A DNA stretch of 64,000 nt from an uncultured Cytophagales bacterium. Its GTDB lineage: Bacteria > Bacteroidota > Bacteroidia > Cytophagales > JAAEPT01. Below the pieces are notes generated by a model. It ran no database searches, was not told the origin of the DNA, and saw nothing but the letters and a program-made list of their open reading frames with translations. Each line of letters starts with the position of its first letter. The first letter of the stretch is position 1. The DNA lies in NCBI GenBank assembly GCA_963849955.1, contig CAWKJU010000016.1, positions 81,735 to 145,734 of the forward strand. The letters run 5' to 3'. A program made the position numbers and the translations under genes. This document shows positions 54,179 through 64,000 of the stretch, in pieces.

Positions 54179-56047
54179 TTAAGAGGTTTTTCTAGCAGAT
54201 TCGTGATAGGTTTTAACATGTGGACCAAGAAAAACACGTGTATAGATTCGAATCATTGATAAACCATTCACTAAAAACGACATCAATAGTATAGCTAATA
54301 ATGTGTATTCACCATCTTGCGCTCCACTCAATATCAACTCAGAACCTAGAAATGCTGATGTGATTGGAAACCCCATTAAACCAAGTGCTGAAGTTAAAAA
54401 CAAAAATTCGGTTGTAGGGTATTCATAACAATGGCCCTGGTAACCGTGCAAAGAAATTGTTTTTTCTTTTTTACGGATAGTGTCAATTGCAAGCTGACCT
54501 AGGAGATAAGCAATGGTTACACCTCCAAAATAGAAACTCAAATCATATAAATTCATACCGTGTAAATACATAGCATAAATAATTAATAAATGAAAAAAAG
54601 CGACTTTAATCCAGGCATTTATAACTTTTTCTTTTTCGGTAAATACTAAAAGAATAGTTGCAAAAGCAATGATTACAATACACAGTACTACAGGATAGGT
54701 AGGTAAATTAATCACGTTTTTTCTTATTGCCAACACCAGGAAAGGCAGTGTAAGCACCAGCGTTTTAAGAAAATTTAAAATGTATATTTTGGGGATGTGC
54801 TGCAAGATTTGCCCCATCCATTTGAAAGGACCCCACACCATTTTGTACATCAAACCATCCATATACCACTCATTCAAACTCAGGATGTAAATAGAATTAC
54901 TAATATTTCTTAAAAAGGGAGGTAGCCCTAACCTTTTTACTGGAGTGAAATTGTAAAACTGTTCTTTAATAGAATAACTCACGATGGATGGAGAAATTAA
55001 TAATTGGTAACTTCTAAGCATCGCATGGCTAGCAAAGTGAATAACCACTAAAGTATGCCAGCCCAAGGCAACTTCAATAAACATAAGACCGACTTGAGCC
55101 ACTACCGAATAAGCAATTTGGCCTTTAATAGAAGGTTGAATTCGCGAAGTGATAGTGCCCAGTAGAAAAGTTGTTCCACCCAGTGCAATTAAAACCCACG
55201 TCATATAGGGTACAAGACTCCAAAACTCATATGTCCGTAATAGCACTAATACACCTAAATGTACCGCTAGTGAGCTATAGAAAATAGCGCTAGAGGGGGT
55301 TGGTCCTTCCATGGCTCGGGAAAGCCAGGCTGAAAAAGGAAATTGTGCTGACTTAATAGCCGCAGCTACAAATATACACAGTGAAAAACCGATGGCAGTA
55401 CCTGTGTGATTATTGATATGGCTTGTAACAAGATCCGTATTTTGAAATTCAAATAAACTAATGTTTTTATGCCAAATGTGATGACTGAGCCACATAGCCA
55501 ACATGATACTAATATCCCCTAACCGATAAATTGAAAATATCTTTATCGCATTTTTTACTGGGATATATCTATTTCTATAATAGGCGATAAGCAAAAACGA
55601 TGAAATACCAGCAATTTCCCAACCTACAAATATCGTAGTCAAGTTACCAGAAAGTACAATCGTGTTATATCCGAGATAGAAGAAAAGAATAGTAGTAAAG
55701 AATCGCTTGAAACCCTTCTCTCGATGTAAATAATTTCGACTATAAGCAGTAATTAGAAAAGCAATGAAGGCACCGACTAACAAAAATACCGCTGTATAAC
55801 TGTTATATTTAAAGTCGATGTACACATCAAATTCATTAAAGCGTAAGAGCGTAATTTGTTTTTTGTAAAGCGTCTCTGCACCAGTTATTGCCCACCGAAT
55901 AGTAAAAACTAATGTAGCTAAAAACTGTAACCCCATGGTAACAAATGACACTTGTGATAAACGTACTTCATCGTCTTTTGAAGTAAGTGTATTAGCCAAA
56001 AATCCTAATAATGGAATAATGATAAATAGGGATATGTACTGTTCCAT
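54179..56047 (-). CDS. dabB: DabB-like proton-conducting membrane subunit (NuoL/MrpA PF00361-type)
   Basis: 622 aa and polytopic. It has the NuoL-like stretch FVGWEIAGISSFLLIAYY. It lies 7 nt downstream of the DUF2309 gene. Confidence 0.8.
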   Translation of the reverse strand: MEQYISLFIIIPLLGFLANTLTSKDDEVRLSQVSFVTMGLQFLATLVFTIRWAITGAETLYKKQITLLRFNEFDVYIDFKYNSYTAVFLLVGAFIAFLITAYSRNYLHREKGFKRFFTTILFFYLGYNTIVLSGNLTTIFVGWEIAGISSFLLIAYYRNRYIPVKNAIKIFSIYRLGDISIMLAMWLSHHIWHKNISLFEFQNTDLVTSHINNHTGTAIGFSLCIFVAAAIKSAQFPFSAWLSRAMEGPTPSSAIFYSSLAVHLGVLVLLRTYEFWSLVPYMTWVLIALGGTTFLLGTITSRIQPSIKGQIAYSVVAQVGLMFIEVALGWHTLVVIHFASHAMLRSYQLLISPSIVSYSIKEQFYNFTPVKRLGLPPFLRNISNSIYILSLNEWYMDGLMYKMVWGPFKWMGQILQHIPKIYILNFLKTLVLTLPFLVLAIRKNVINLPTYPVVLCIVIIAFATILLVFTEKEKVINAWIKVAFFHLLIIYAMYLHGMNLYDLSFYFGGVTIAYLLGQLAIDTIRKKEKTISLHGYQGHCYEYPTTEFLFLTSALGLMGFPITSAFLGSELILSGAQDGEYTLLAILLMSFLVNGLSMIRIYTRVFLGPHVKTYHESARKTS

Positions 56048-56054
56048 TTACTGA

Positions 56055-58553
56055 TTAATTGTTTTTGATAAGATATACCGGGAAATTTTCCTCGTGAGAT
56101 TCAATTAACTTGTCGATATCTTCCACAGTATCTAAAAGTTTTTTTAGTGGTTGATACCGTTCCATTTCACCCTTTTCAAAACGGTAGGTTTCCTGGGTTT
56201 CGGGGTGAACTACTGCTAAAATCACCCAATTGTTTTCAATCCATTGATACGTGCTTGAGTTCTTTTTTACTGTTTCTAACACTACTTCCGGATAATGTTC
56301 TACAATCAACATCAATCGAATCGGGTCGTGTACTTCAATCATTTGTAAGGGCAGCCCCGGACGCAAATCTCCTTCAACACCGTTAGCAACACCAATAAGT
56401 CCGACAACGTTGTGGGGTAGCTTTGAACCAGCACCCATTTTTTGATTGTCAACTCGTGAAAAATAGTACTCCAAATTAATACCTCCACAAACTGGTGCAG
56501 CAGCATTTAATATATTCAAAAGCAACTCACCCTTCAAATCCAAAGTATAGTCATAGGAATTAGAAAATGCTCTTCTATCTAAGAATAGGCCTTCATTTAA
56601 ACTGTGTCGACCAACAATGCATAAGGCGTTCGTAGAATGATTCAATTCAGGACGTGGTTCAAACAGAGAAATAGATCTGTTTTTTACGAGTTCATGGATT
56701 TTCGAGGCCTTCTGCTTCGAATTAATTGAAAAAAACCTTCGTGATCTTTCTTTCGCATTCATATCTAACGCCTCTTTGAACATTCTAAGGTTTTTGACAT
56801 GCGCTACTCTATTGGCTTCGGACAAGATATCTTCATCGTAGAATTCAAATTCGTCACGTGTTGTATCATGTAATCCACCGACAAATTGTGTTGCGTCAGG
56901 AATATCAATACCCTGTTCACGCAATTTTTCTCTAACTTCAGGATTGTTAGCCATGTAGGCAAACACACGTGCATTCACTGAACCTGGCCTACCCGAACAG
57001 GCACCACAATCATAACCAGCATAGTGCGTATTATTGATACTACTACCTCCATGACCGATATCATATACCAACTTCCCAAAGTCTTCAATCAATCCTATAC
57101 TTCTTAAGACCGATGAAACAATTGAAATCATTTCGTCTAAGGTAAAACCAATTTGAAGTCCTTCATAGGTGTCATCCAATCTTTCATTAACGATGCTTAA
57201 CTTTGATTTTTTACCCATGTGGGCAAAAGAGGAGGTAGCAAGCACATTAAAATTAGGTTTAAAGATGTTTAAAAACATCATTAGTCCCGACCAAAAACCG
57301 ACCCCTAAAGCATAAAAAAAACTTACTATAGGGTTTTGAGCTAACTTAGAGAAATGAATTTCAGAACCTAACTTTTCTGACTCGCCAATTTCTTTTACTA
57401 AATGTTTGGGGGTAATGGATCCTGGGCATACCTGCGTGTAAAACTTACTGTCCTTCGGCTGGTAATACATCGCAATGCCAAAGTGACCTGGTGTGCCGTA
57501 GGTTTCGCAGCGGGGATCTAATTTTTCAATATACCGCCTGATCGAGCCTTCACGATCATCAATACAGAAGAAGGCTTGAAAAGTTTTTTGAGCTTTTTTG
57601 TGGGACTTTCCTTTTTGTTTTTGAATGCCCGCCAACACACTATCGTAATAACTCCACTCATATGCTTCTTGCCAGATACCTATTGCTTCGTCTTCAATAG
57701 TTTTAGGTGTTGGAGCAAAAATATATTCTGGTCGCTGAAAATTGTGTTCACCCAGTGGTTTCCATTTATTTTTATGACGGTTTTCAATGGCATCAATTTC
57801 CAGAATTAACTCAAACTTGATAAGATCTTCTAGAGTAATAGGTCTATTATCCAATAACGATTTAGGTTGCTTTTCAACCATGGTAACCATTCCGGACCAA
57901 CCGGGGTGAGTAAACTGTTGCTCGAATAAGTAGTTCTCATACAGGGACTCATCTCCTACTAATAGTTTTAATAACTCTGTAATAGTGATTTGCTCATTCG
58001 CTAAAAGAGACAGCCCTAATTTAGTGTTTACAAAATCAGCTAAACTCTTTTGCTCGAGATTTCTAACCGAAGCTAAAAACCCTTTTTCATCAAACGGAAA
58101 GTGCCAGATGGCAATTCCTTGATCTAAGTAAGCGGCTAATAGCTTAAAGAGCACATTATTGATTTCGTGATCAAGATCGACTTGATAGGCATTTTTCCAC
58201 CAGGTTCTAAAATTACCTATTCGCGAAGAAATAGAGTTGTCATATTGTTTGTGAAAAAGATTATGAATCCACTCATCTGCTTGATCTTGTCCTTTTCGTT
58301 TGATGATGACTTGCTCCAGAATATCTTCTCGAATCAGGTGCTTTTTATAAAGTTCTCGGTATTCTTCAATATTGAGGGATGTTTTATATCCAAATATTTT
58401 AGAAGCTCTAGCGATTGCTTCCTCAAAGGGATACTCTTGAAAGCAGCTTAGCGTATTGTGGTGAACAAAATCTTTAAGTGGAGCTTGATGAGGTAAATAG
58501 TGCTTTAATTTCTTTAGCACTTCATATTCATCGAATTTAGGAACATCATTCAT
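56055..58553 (-). CDS. dabA: DabA-like DUF2309 protein (catalytic subunit of the DAB inorganic-carbon pump)
   Basis: 832 aa, the size typical of DUF2309. It has beta-CA-like zinc-site motifs FFCIDDREGS (CxDxR) and IGHGGSS...AGYDCGACSG. Confidence 0.85.
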   Translation of the reverse strand: MNDVPKFDEYEVLKKLKHYLPHQAPLKDFVHHNTLSCFQEYPFEEAIARASKIFGYKTSLNIEEYRELYKKHLIREDILEQVIIKRKGQDQADEWIHNLFHKQYDNSISSRIGNFRTWWKNAYQVDLDHEINNVLFKLLAAYLDQGIAIWHFPFDEKGFLASVRNLEQKSLADFVNTKLGLSLLANEQITITELLKLLVGDESLYENYLFEQQFTHPGWSGMVTMVEKQPKSLLDNRPITLEDLIKFELILEIDAIENRHKNKWKPLGEHNFQRPEYIFAPTPKTIEDEAIGIWQEAYEWSYYDSVLAGIQKQKGKSHKKAQKTFQAFFCIDDREGSIRRYIEKLDPRCETYGTPGHFGIAMYYQPKDSKFYTQVCPGSITPKHLVKEIGESEKLGSEIHFSKLAQNPIVSFFYALGVGFWSGLMMFLNIFKPNFNVLATSSFAHMGKKSKLSIVNERLDDTYEGLQIGFTLDEMISIVSSVLRSIGLIEDFGKLVYDIGHGGSSINNTHYAGYDCGACSGRPGSVNARVFAYMANNPEVREKLREQGIDIPDATQFVGGLHDTTRDEFEFYDEDILSEANRVAHVKNLRMFKEALDMNAKERSRRFFSINSKQKASKIHELVKNRSISLFEPRPELNHSTNALCIVGRHSLNEGLFLDRRAFSNSYDYTLDLKGELLLNILNAAAPVCGGINLEYYFSRVDNQKMGAGSKLPHNVVGLIGVANGVEGDLRPGLPLQMIEVHDPIRLMLIVEHYPEVVLETVKKNSSTYQWIENNWVILAVVHPETQETYRFEKGEMERYQPLKKLLDTVEDIDKLIESHEENFPVYLIKNN

Positions 58554-58712
58554 TAGTACAAATAGCTGATTTCAAGAACTACACATAACATATACAATTG
58601 TACATATTTTTTTTCTTGCATAAGCAACAATCAATTAGATTGTGAACTACTAAGAAAAATCTGAAAACTATCTGAAAAGATAGCATTATTCTATAACCAA
58701 ATCAATTGCATT

Positions 58713-59054
58713 GTGGCATACGATACGTATTTAGAAGAACGCATAACCCGTATTCTGGAAGAAAATAAAACAAATTTTTTGGCAAAAAAAATGATGGGTG
58801 GCTTGTGTTATATGGTTGAAGGAAAAATGTGTGTAGGTATTATCAAAGACCAATTGATGTGTCGTGTAGGAGAAGAAGCGTATGAAACCTGTATCCAAAA
58901 GGAAGGCTGTAAACCCATGGATTTTACTAAGCGACCGATGAAAGGTTATGTGTATGTAGTGCCCGAAGCGGTTGATAATGATGAAGTACTGGCAGCATGG
59001 ATCCAAGTGTGTTTGGACTTTAATCCATTGGCTAAGGCGAGTAAAAAGAGATAA
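58713..59054 (+). CDS. TfoX/Sxy N-terminal-domain family protein
   Basis: 113 aa with a GTG start. The pattern LEERITRIL...KKMMGGLCYMVEGKMCVGI fits TfoX_N. Confidence 0.65.
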   Translation: MAYDTYLEERITRILEENKTNFLAKKMMGGLCYMVEGKMCVGIIKDQLMCRVGEEAYETCIQKEGCKPMDFTKRPMKGYVYVVPEAVDNDEVLAAWIQVCLDFNPLAKASKKR

Positions 59055-59143
59055 GCAACTATAGAAATAGCATTTCCTTTTAAAAATTATAAGCCGCGAG
59101 CTTAAATGAATTAGAAGTTCGTCTGTCTACTTTACTCTTTGCT

Positions 59144-60391
59144 CTATCTAGCTAACCACAATTGTGGATCTAACTTCTCCTTACCATTCCAGATTTGAAA
59201 TTCTAATTCCGTTTCATTGTTGCCGTTGGTATACACTCTACCTATAGGTGATTTGGCGGTGATTTTATCTCCTGTGCTTACATAGACCGCCTCCAGTTTT
59301 GCATATACTGAAAAATAATCCCCATGTTTTACCATGACTATTTTGTTCATTCCTGGTATGGTCGCCACAGTAGTTACCGTGCCATCAAAGACCGCTTTTA
59401 CTTCAGAACTTTTTTCGCACTGTAATCCCAACCCGTTGTTCATTGTATATACACTTGCCAATACGGGATGCGGTTGTTTCCCAAATTTTCTAGAGATAAA
59501 ACAGCGTGTCAATGGCCACGGCAAACGACCTTTGTTTGCGGAGAAATTATTGGATATAATGGTAGTTTCTTTTGTTGACTCAAGTTTAGAATTGGAAGAA
59601 GAGGTTGTTGCATTCTTTTTTGCTTCCGCAGCTGCTCGAGCGCGTTCTTTGGCAATTTCTTCTTCGATGATGTCCTTGATTAACTTATTGAGTTTCTCCT
59701 GTTCTTTTTCGTATTGTTTAATTTTACTTAAAAATTCTTTTTCTCTGGAAGAAAGCTGTGACAATAAGCTTTGTTGTTTTTGTTGTAAACTCGCTAACTG
59801 ATTTTTTTCGTTCTCTAATTTCTTCAGTGTCTCCTTTTTCTCATTGAGTTTCTCCTGCAAATCAACTTCTTTCTCCACCAGGTAATCCTTCATCTGTTGA
59901 ATTTTCTCAACCTGAGCTTTCCGCGCCCTTCGAAATTGATCAAGGTATTTTATACGCATCATCAGCTGGTTGTAGGACTGCGAGGTAAATAAAAAGGAAA
60001 GTTTGCTAAACGCATTATTAGCTTTGTAGGTGATGTACACCATTTCGCTATATTCTTTTTTGAGGGAATCCAAATCTCGCTGGAGCGCATAAATGATATC
60101 TTCCATTTCACTCATCTCGTTATTGATAAGCTGCACTTCACTTTGTAAGTTCTTGAGGTAAGACTCCTGCGTAAAAATCCGTTGATTTAGTGCTCTTAAT
60201 TCACTCTCCGAAGATTTTTTTTCGTTTTTGGTTTCAGCCAACAACTTTGCCGCATCCGCCATTTTCTTTTGAATTTCCTTCCGCTCTTTTTCTAATGAAT
60301 AGCGTGTTTTCTTCTGAGCAGTAACTAGTACGCTTGAAAAAATAAAGAATAAGAGAAAGAGAAAAAGCTTATTTGCGAACATACCGATCAC
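59144..60391 (-). CDS. Coiled-coil M23-family peptidase / murein hydrolase activator (EnvC-like)
   Basis: 415 aa with a signal peptide and a long heptad-rich coiled coil. The C-terminal LytM/M23 domain carries GLGLQCEKSSEVKAVFDGTV...VMVKHGDYFSVYAKL. Confidence 0.85.
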   Translation of the reverse strand: MIGMFANKLFLFLLFFIFSSVLVTAQKKTRYSLEKERKEIQKKMADAAKLLAETKNEKKSSESELRALNQRIFTQESYLKNLQSEVQLINNEMSEMEDIIYALQRDLDSLKKEYSEMVYITYKANNAFSKLSFLFTSQSYNQLMMRIKYLDQFRRARKAQVEKIQQMKDYLVEKEVDLQEKLNEKKETLKKLENEKNQLASLQQKQQSLLSQLSSREKEFLSKIKQYEKEQEKLNKLIKDIIEEEIAKERARAAAEAKKNATTSSSNSKLESTKETTIISNNFSANKGRLPWPLTRCFISRKFGKQPHPVLASVYTMNNGLGLQCEKSSEVKAVFDGTVTTVATIPGMNKIVMVKHGDYFSVYAKLEAVYVSTGDKITAKSPIGRVYTNGNNETELEFQIWNGKEKLDPQLWLAR

Positions 60392-61097
60392 TTACCGTAA
60401 ATGGAAAGTCTAATTTATCATTCGTAAAATTAACATTTTTATGTTGCATCTCTACTGCCGCTGAAAAACTACTTGAACTTACCTGTAAATCAGCTTTTTC
60501 GGGAATAATTCTACCATCGTGTTTTTGGTAATCTTCATACACCAGATTAATGTTTCCTTGTTGCACTCTACTGTTGACCAGCACTTCTTTTATTTTATTT
60601 CCTTCTAAAAAATTTAAAATTGAATAACTACCTGCCGTTTGCTTTACGACCATGCGGTTGTCTTGTGATACGATTTTCGATTTATTATCAAATAATAAGT
60701 TACCCAACAACAAGTTTTGCACTTGCCTTACTGAAATATCTGTCCCGTTTTTTCTGTTAAAAGCTTCTACTGAATAAGCCGAATATGTTTTGTCTGGGTA
60801 ATCTTGAAGTATCAATATGGAGTCTTGTGTTAGTTTTAATTTCCCAACTTTTATTCCAAATGGACCTAAAACGCTTAACCAAACTATTTCATCTTTTTTC
60901 ATCCGGAGTCCTGCATTTAATCCTATGGATTGATTTTCATCACTGTAATTCACTTTTAACTTCGAACTAAAATAGTCAAAATCAACCTGATCTAAGCCTT
61001 TGACTTTAGTCATCGGGGCACCAGATTTTTTATTTTTACACGCAGTCAATAAAAACATGAACATTAAGAAACTAACAATGATTTTGAGTTTACTCAT
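60369..61097 (-). CDS. DUF4292-like lipoprotein
   Basis: 242 aa with a lipobox (LLTACKN). It overlaps both neighbours (23 nt and 8 nt). The family name is from memory. Confidence 0.6.
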   Translation of the reverse strand: MSKLKIIVSFLMFMFLLTACKNKKSGAPMTKVKGLDQVDFDYFSSKLKVNYSDENQSIGLNAGLRMKKDEIVWLSVLGPFGIKVGKLKLTQDSILILQDYPDKTYSAYSVEAFNRKNGTDISVRQVQNLLLGNLLFDNKSKIVSQDNRMVVKQTAGSYSILNFLEGNKIKEVLVNSRVQQGNINLVYEDYQKHDGRIIPEKADLQVSSSSFSAAVEMQHKNVNFTNDKLDFPFTVSDRYVRK

Positions 61098-62907
61098 ACA
61101 GTTTTTTATCTTTTATTTTTTTGTCAACTAGGTCCGAAGCACCACCTTGTTCTTTGGCCTTTATCCAATATTCTAATGCTGATTCTTCTTTTCCCATTTG
61201 ATATAACACATCACCATAGTGTTCGATTACGGTACCATCATTCGTGTTTTTAAGTGCCTTTTCTAAATATTTTTTTGCACCATGATAATCTTTCATTTTA
61301 TACAATACCCAAGCATAGGTGTCTAGATAGGTTGCCTCCTCAGGATGCATGCGCACCACCCGCTCTGACATGGCTTTTGCCTCATCGAGTTTATCATTTC
61401 TTAATGAAAGAAAATAGCTATAGTTATTTAACACATGTACATTATTAGGGTCATATTCCAAAGCTCTACCATAAGCTTCGTCTGATTTTTCATAAGCCTT
61501 TATGTCGTTGTAAGCATCACCTAATTGAGCATTGAACTGGCTTTCCAGTGCTGGATCATCCTTAGCGAGTTTTAAACCTTTTTCATAGGAAGTAACCGCT
61601 TTCATCTTTTGTTTGGTCATTTGATAACCTAAGCCGTTATACAACCACAATAGAGGGCTTTCTGGAAAATAGTTTAAAGCCTCTTCAGTATGAGCAATTA
61701 AACTATCATTTTGATTTAAATCGATGTCCAAACCTACAAGTTGTTGCCATAACAAAAACTTAGTGGTATCTAATTTAGCAGCGGTATAATAAACGTCACG
61801 TGCTGCTGCTTTTTCATTGTTTAAAAATAATACATCGGCATATATAGAATGGGCCTGAGGTTTATCGGGGTGTGTTTTAGTAACCTTTAAAGCTAGTTTT
61901 AAAGCGGTTGCTCTTTTCTCCTGATCATCTGTATATTGTAAATAAGTGGAAATCATTTTTACCTTTGAATCCACATCCATTTTAGGATTGTTAAATGCCA
62001 ACTCAAGGTATTCATCTGCTTTTTTAGATTCACCAATTCCCTCATAAAAATCAGATAACATAAGCAAGGGTGTTGGTTCATCAGGCATTTCTTCAGCGAC
62101 TTTCTTCATATAATCAATGGCCTGTTGCTGTCTGTCATTGGAATAGATTAACTCCGCTAAGTTTAGTTTATAACGGATCTCATCTGGAAAGGCAGCAATC
62201 AGCTTTTTACCCTCCTCGATGGCTTCATCTACTTTATTTAAACCAAGATAGAGACGTTGTTTTTTAAATGTTAATTCCTCGTGTACGTCAAAATGTTGTT
62301 CTGCTTGAGTATATGCTGCGATGGCTTTTTCACTATATTCCTCAATCGATTTTTCAATTTCTTTTTGTTTTCCTGAGTTGCCTTGGTATAACGCCTTTTT
62401 TGATCTTTCGCCTTTTGCTAATTCATTGTATAACTCGCCTAACTCAAAATAATATTCTTCTGTACCCTCAACATTTTCCAACATTTGTTCATACACCTCT
62501 GCGGATGCTTCAAACTCCATGTTGTTCAAGTAGATATCACCTAACATCACGTAATACTCTTGTCGCTTGTTGTTTTGTTCTAAAGCTTTTTTAGCAAATT
62601 CAATAGCTTTATCAAGCACACCCATGTGAAAATAACTTTCTGCTATTTTGTAATTAATCACTTCGTTATTAGGTGAGTGGTGCAGGGCTTCACTGTATAG
62701 GGCAATGGCCTTAGGGTATTCTTTTAATAAAAAATGACCCTCGCCTTTTATAAAAAGATATTGCGCTGTATTCTCTTCATCAACAGATTTTTCCGTTTGC
62801 GCGCCTTTCTTTTTTTTATTTTTTTTCTTGTTTTTAGAATAAGCGTCTTGAGGAAACAAAATGCTTGTTCCAAGTATGAGGGTGAGTATAAATAAGAGTT
62901 TCTTCAC
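61090..62907 (-). CDS. Tetratricopeptide-repeat protein (secreted)
   Basis: 605 aa with a signal peptide, a Lys-rich linker and many 34-aa TPR-like repeats (A..Y..AL...P.N). Confidence 0.85.
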   Translation of the reverse strand: MKKLLFILTLILGTSILFPQDAYSKNKKKNKKKKGAQTEKSVDEENTAQYLFIKGEGHFLLKEYPKAIALYSEALHHSPNNEVINYKIAESYFHMGVLDKAIEFAKKALEQNNKRQEYYVMLGDIYLNNMEFEASAEVYEQMLENVEGTEEYYFELGELYNELAKGERSKKALYQGNSGKQKEIEKSIEEYSEKAIAAYTQAEQHFDVHEELTFKKQRLYLGLNKVDEAIEEGKKLIAAFPDEIRYKLNLAELIYSNDRQQQAIDYMKKVAEEMPDEPTPLLMLSDFYEGIGESKKADEYLELAFNNPKMDVDSKVKMISTYLQYTDDQEKRATALKLALKVTKTHPDKPQAHSIYADVLFLNNEKAAARDVYYTAAKLDTTKFLLWQQLVGLDIDLNQNDSLIAHTEEALNYFPESPLLWLYNGLGYQMTKQKMKAVTSYEKGLKLAKDDPALESQFNAQLGDAYNDIKAYEKSDEAYGRALEYDPNNVHVLNNYSYFLSLRNDKLDEAKAMSERVVRMHPEEATYLDTYAWVLYKMKDYHGAKKYLEKALKNTNDGTVIEHYGDVLYQMGKEESALEYWIKAKEQGGASDLVDKKIKDKKLYE

Positions 62908-63917
62908 TATTTTTGTATCGTGTTGAAGTCTCCAAGGCTTACAACTTCTGCTTTGGAGAGGTAGTTAACTTGATTGCCAATCATCGAATCGGTAATGATG
63001 GCATTTTTTATCGTTGACTTTTCTTGAATAATGGTGTTGGAAACTACCGAATTGTGAATTTCAGTATTATCCCCAATAGAAACGTAAGGACCAACTACAC
63101 TATTGTGCAACTTGACATTTTCACCAATAAAAACAGGTTCAATAATCACGCTGTTTTCAATTTTAGCAGAGTCAGCAATTAGTTTTTGTCCTGCTAGATA
63201 AGTCAAGTAACGCTGATTTGTATTTACTACAGCATCTTTGTTACCACAGTCTAACCATTCGGTGACCTCACCTGGTTCCAAACTTAGTCCTTTATTTTTC
63301 ATGTTTTCCAAGGCATCGGTCAACCCAAACTCACCGCCTTTAATCCGGATATCATTATCAATCAAGTATTGAAGCTCTGACCGCAAGTTTTCTCCGTCTT
63401 TGAAGTAATAGATTCCAATGATGGCCAGGTCAGAAACAAAAGTCTCTGGTTTTTCAACAAAATCCGTAATTTGATTTTGTTCGTTGATTTTAACGACCCC
63501 ATAGGCTGAAGGATCTTCCACTTTTTGTACCCAAATTATACCATCTTTATTTAGATCCAATTGGAAATCTGCCTTGAATAGAATGTCTGCAAAGGCTACT
63601 AGCACATTTCCTTTTAAAGCTTCTTCTGCCATCAAAATAGCATGGGCAGTACCTAGTTTTTCATCTTGATAACAAATTGTTCCCGTGGCATTTAATTTTG
63701 CAGCGATTGCTTTTAAATCTTTTTCTACCTGCGTACCAAAACTTCTATCAATCACAAAAGCAACTTCGCTAATTGGTGTATGACACACTGAAGCTAAGTC
63801 CTCAATTAACCGCTGAACGATGGGTTTTCCAGCAATGGGGATTAATGGTTTAGGGACTGTGAGTGTATGGGGTCGAAGGCGAGTTCCTCTGCCCGCCATG
63901 GGTACAATTATTTTCAT
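62907..63917 (-). CDS. Sugar-phosphate nucleotidyltransferase with a C-terminal left-handed beta-helix
   Basis: 336 aa. It has the N-terminal motif PMAGRGTRLRPHTLTVPKPL and C-terminal hexapeptide-like repeats (IENSVIIEPVFIGENVKLHNSVVGPYVSIGDNTEIHNSVV). Confidence 0.85.
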   Translation of the reverse strand: MKIIVPMAGRGTRLRPHTLTVPKPLIPIAGKPIVQRLIEDLASVCHTPISEVAFVIDRSFGTQVEKDLKAIAAKLNATGTICYQDEKLGTAHAILMAEEALKGNVLVAFADILFKADFQLDLNKDGIIWVQKVEDPSAYGVVKINEQNQITDFVEKPETFVSDLAIIGIYYFKDGENLRSELQYLIDNDIRIKGGEFGLTDALENMKNKGLSLEPGEVTEWLDCGNKDAVVNTNQRYLTYLAGQKLIADSAKIENSVIIEPVFIGENVKLHNSVVGPYVSIGDNTEIHNSVVSNTIIQEKSTIKNAIITDSMIGNQVNYLSKAEVVSLGDFNTIQK

Positions 63918-64000
63918 TTATTTCAATCTATAAAATACTTTACAAAAAGTAGCTGCCTGGTAAACAAAAGGACGACTTACAGTGGTCTTTTATTTTCTGG

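Overview
AT-rich chromosomal segment with Bacteroidota (Flavobacteriia-like) hallmarks: a T9SS C-terminal sorting domain protein, fused SecDF, a TPR/PD40/OmpA protein, an ECF sigma/anti-sigma pair, a four-helix-bundle protein and many lipoproteins. About 58 protein genes and one tRNA-Ser(UGA) are supported. There are no rRNA genes, CRISPR arrays or prophage. The left 11.5 kb is a minus-strand heavy-metal (Cu/Ag-type) resistance island: HYC/CC/PP-motif protein, 1272-aa CusA/CzcA RND pump, four-helix-bundle protein, TolC-like OMF, CopA-type P1B ATPase, CusB-like adaptor fused to DUF3347, an unlisted 44-aa Cys-Cys membrane peptide and a His-rich secreted protein. The spacers of this island hold the most unusual signal in the window. 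Perfectly phased 8-nt repeat arrays (NNNNTGAT on the coding strand) begin exactly on the stop codons of three genes. A conserved perfect palindrome lies upstream of both the copA-like and cusB-like genes, and one copy sits inside a neat three-way-junction fold. A RayT-like HUH tyrosine transposase bracketed by two copies of a 32-bp palindrome (REPtron-like) abuts the island. The rest is mostly housekeeping (hemA, panB, rluA-family, secDF, aspS, polA, SNF2 helicase, sod, tadA). Interspersed are poorly understood modules: a GT2/GT2-processive/GT-C/CBM9-like envelope glycan operon, a DUF1059/DUF2254 membrane set, a NapH-like polyferredoxin plus flavoprotein pair, a tightly overlapped DinB-like/NRDE/ATP-grasp/PfkB operon, and a DabA-DabB inorganic-carbon pump followed by a beta-carbonic anhydrase. 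All function calls rest on motifs read by eye and remembered family signatures. No searches were run.
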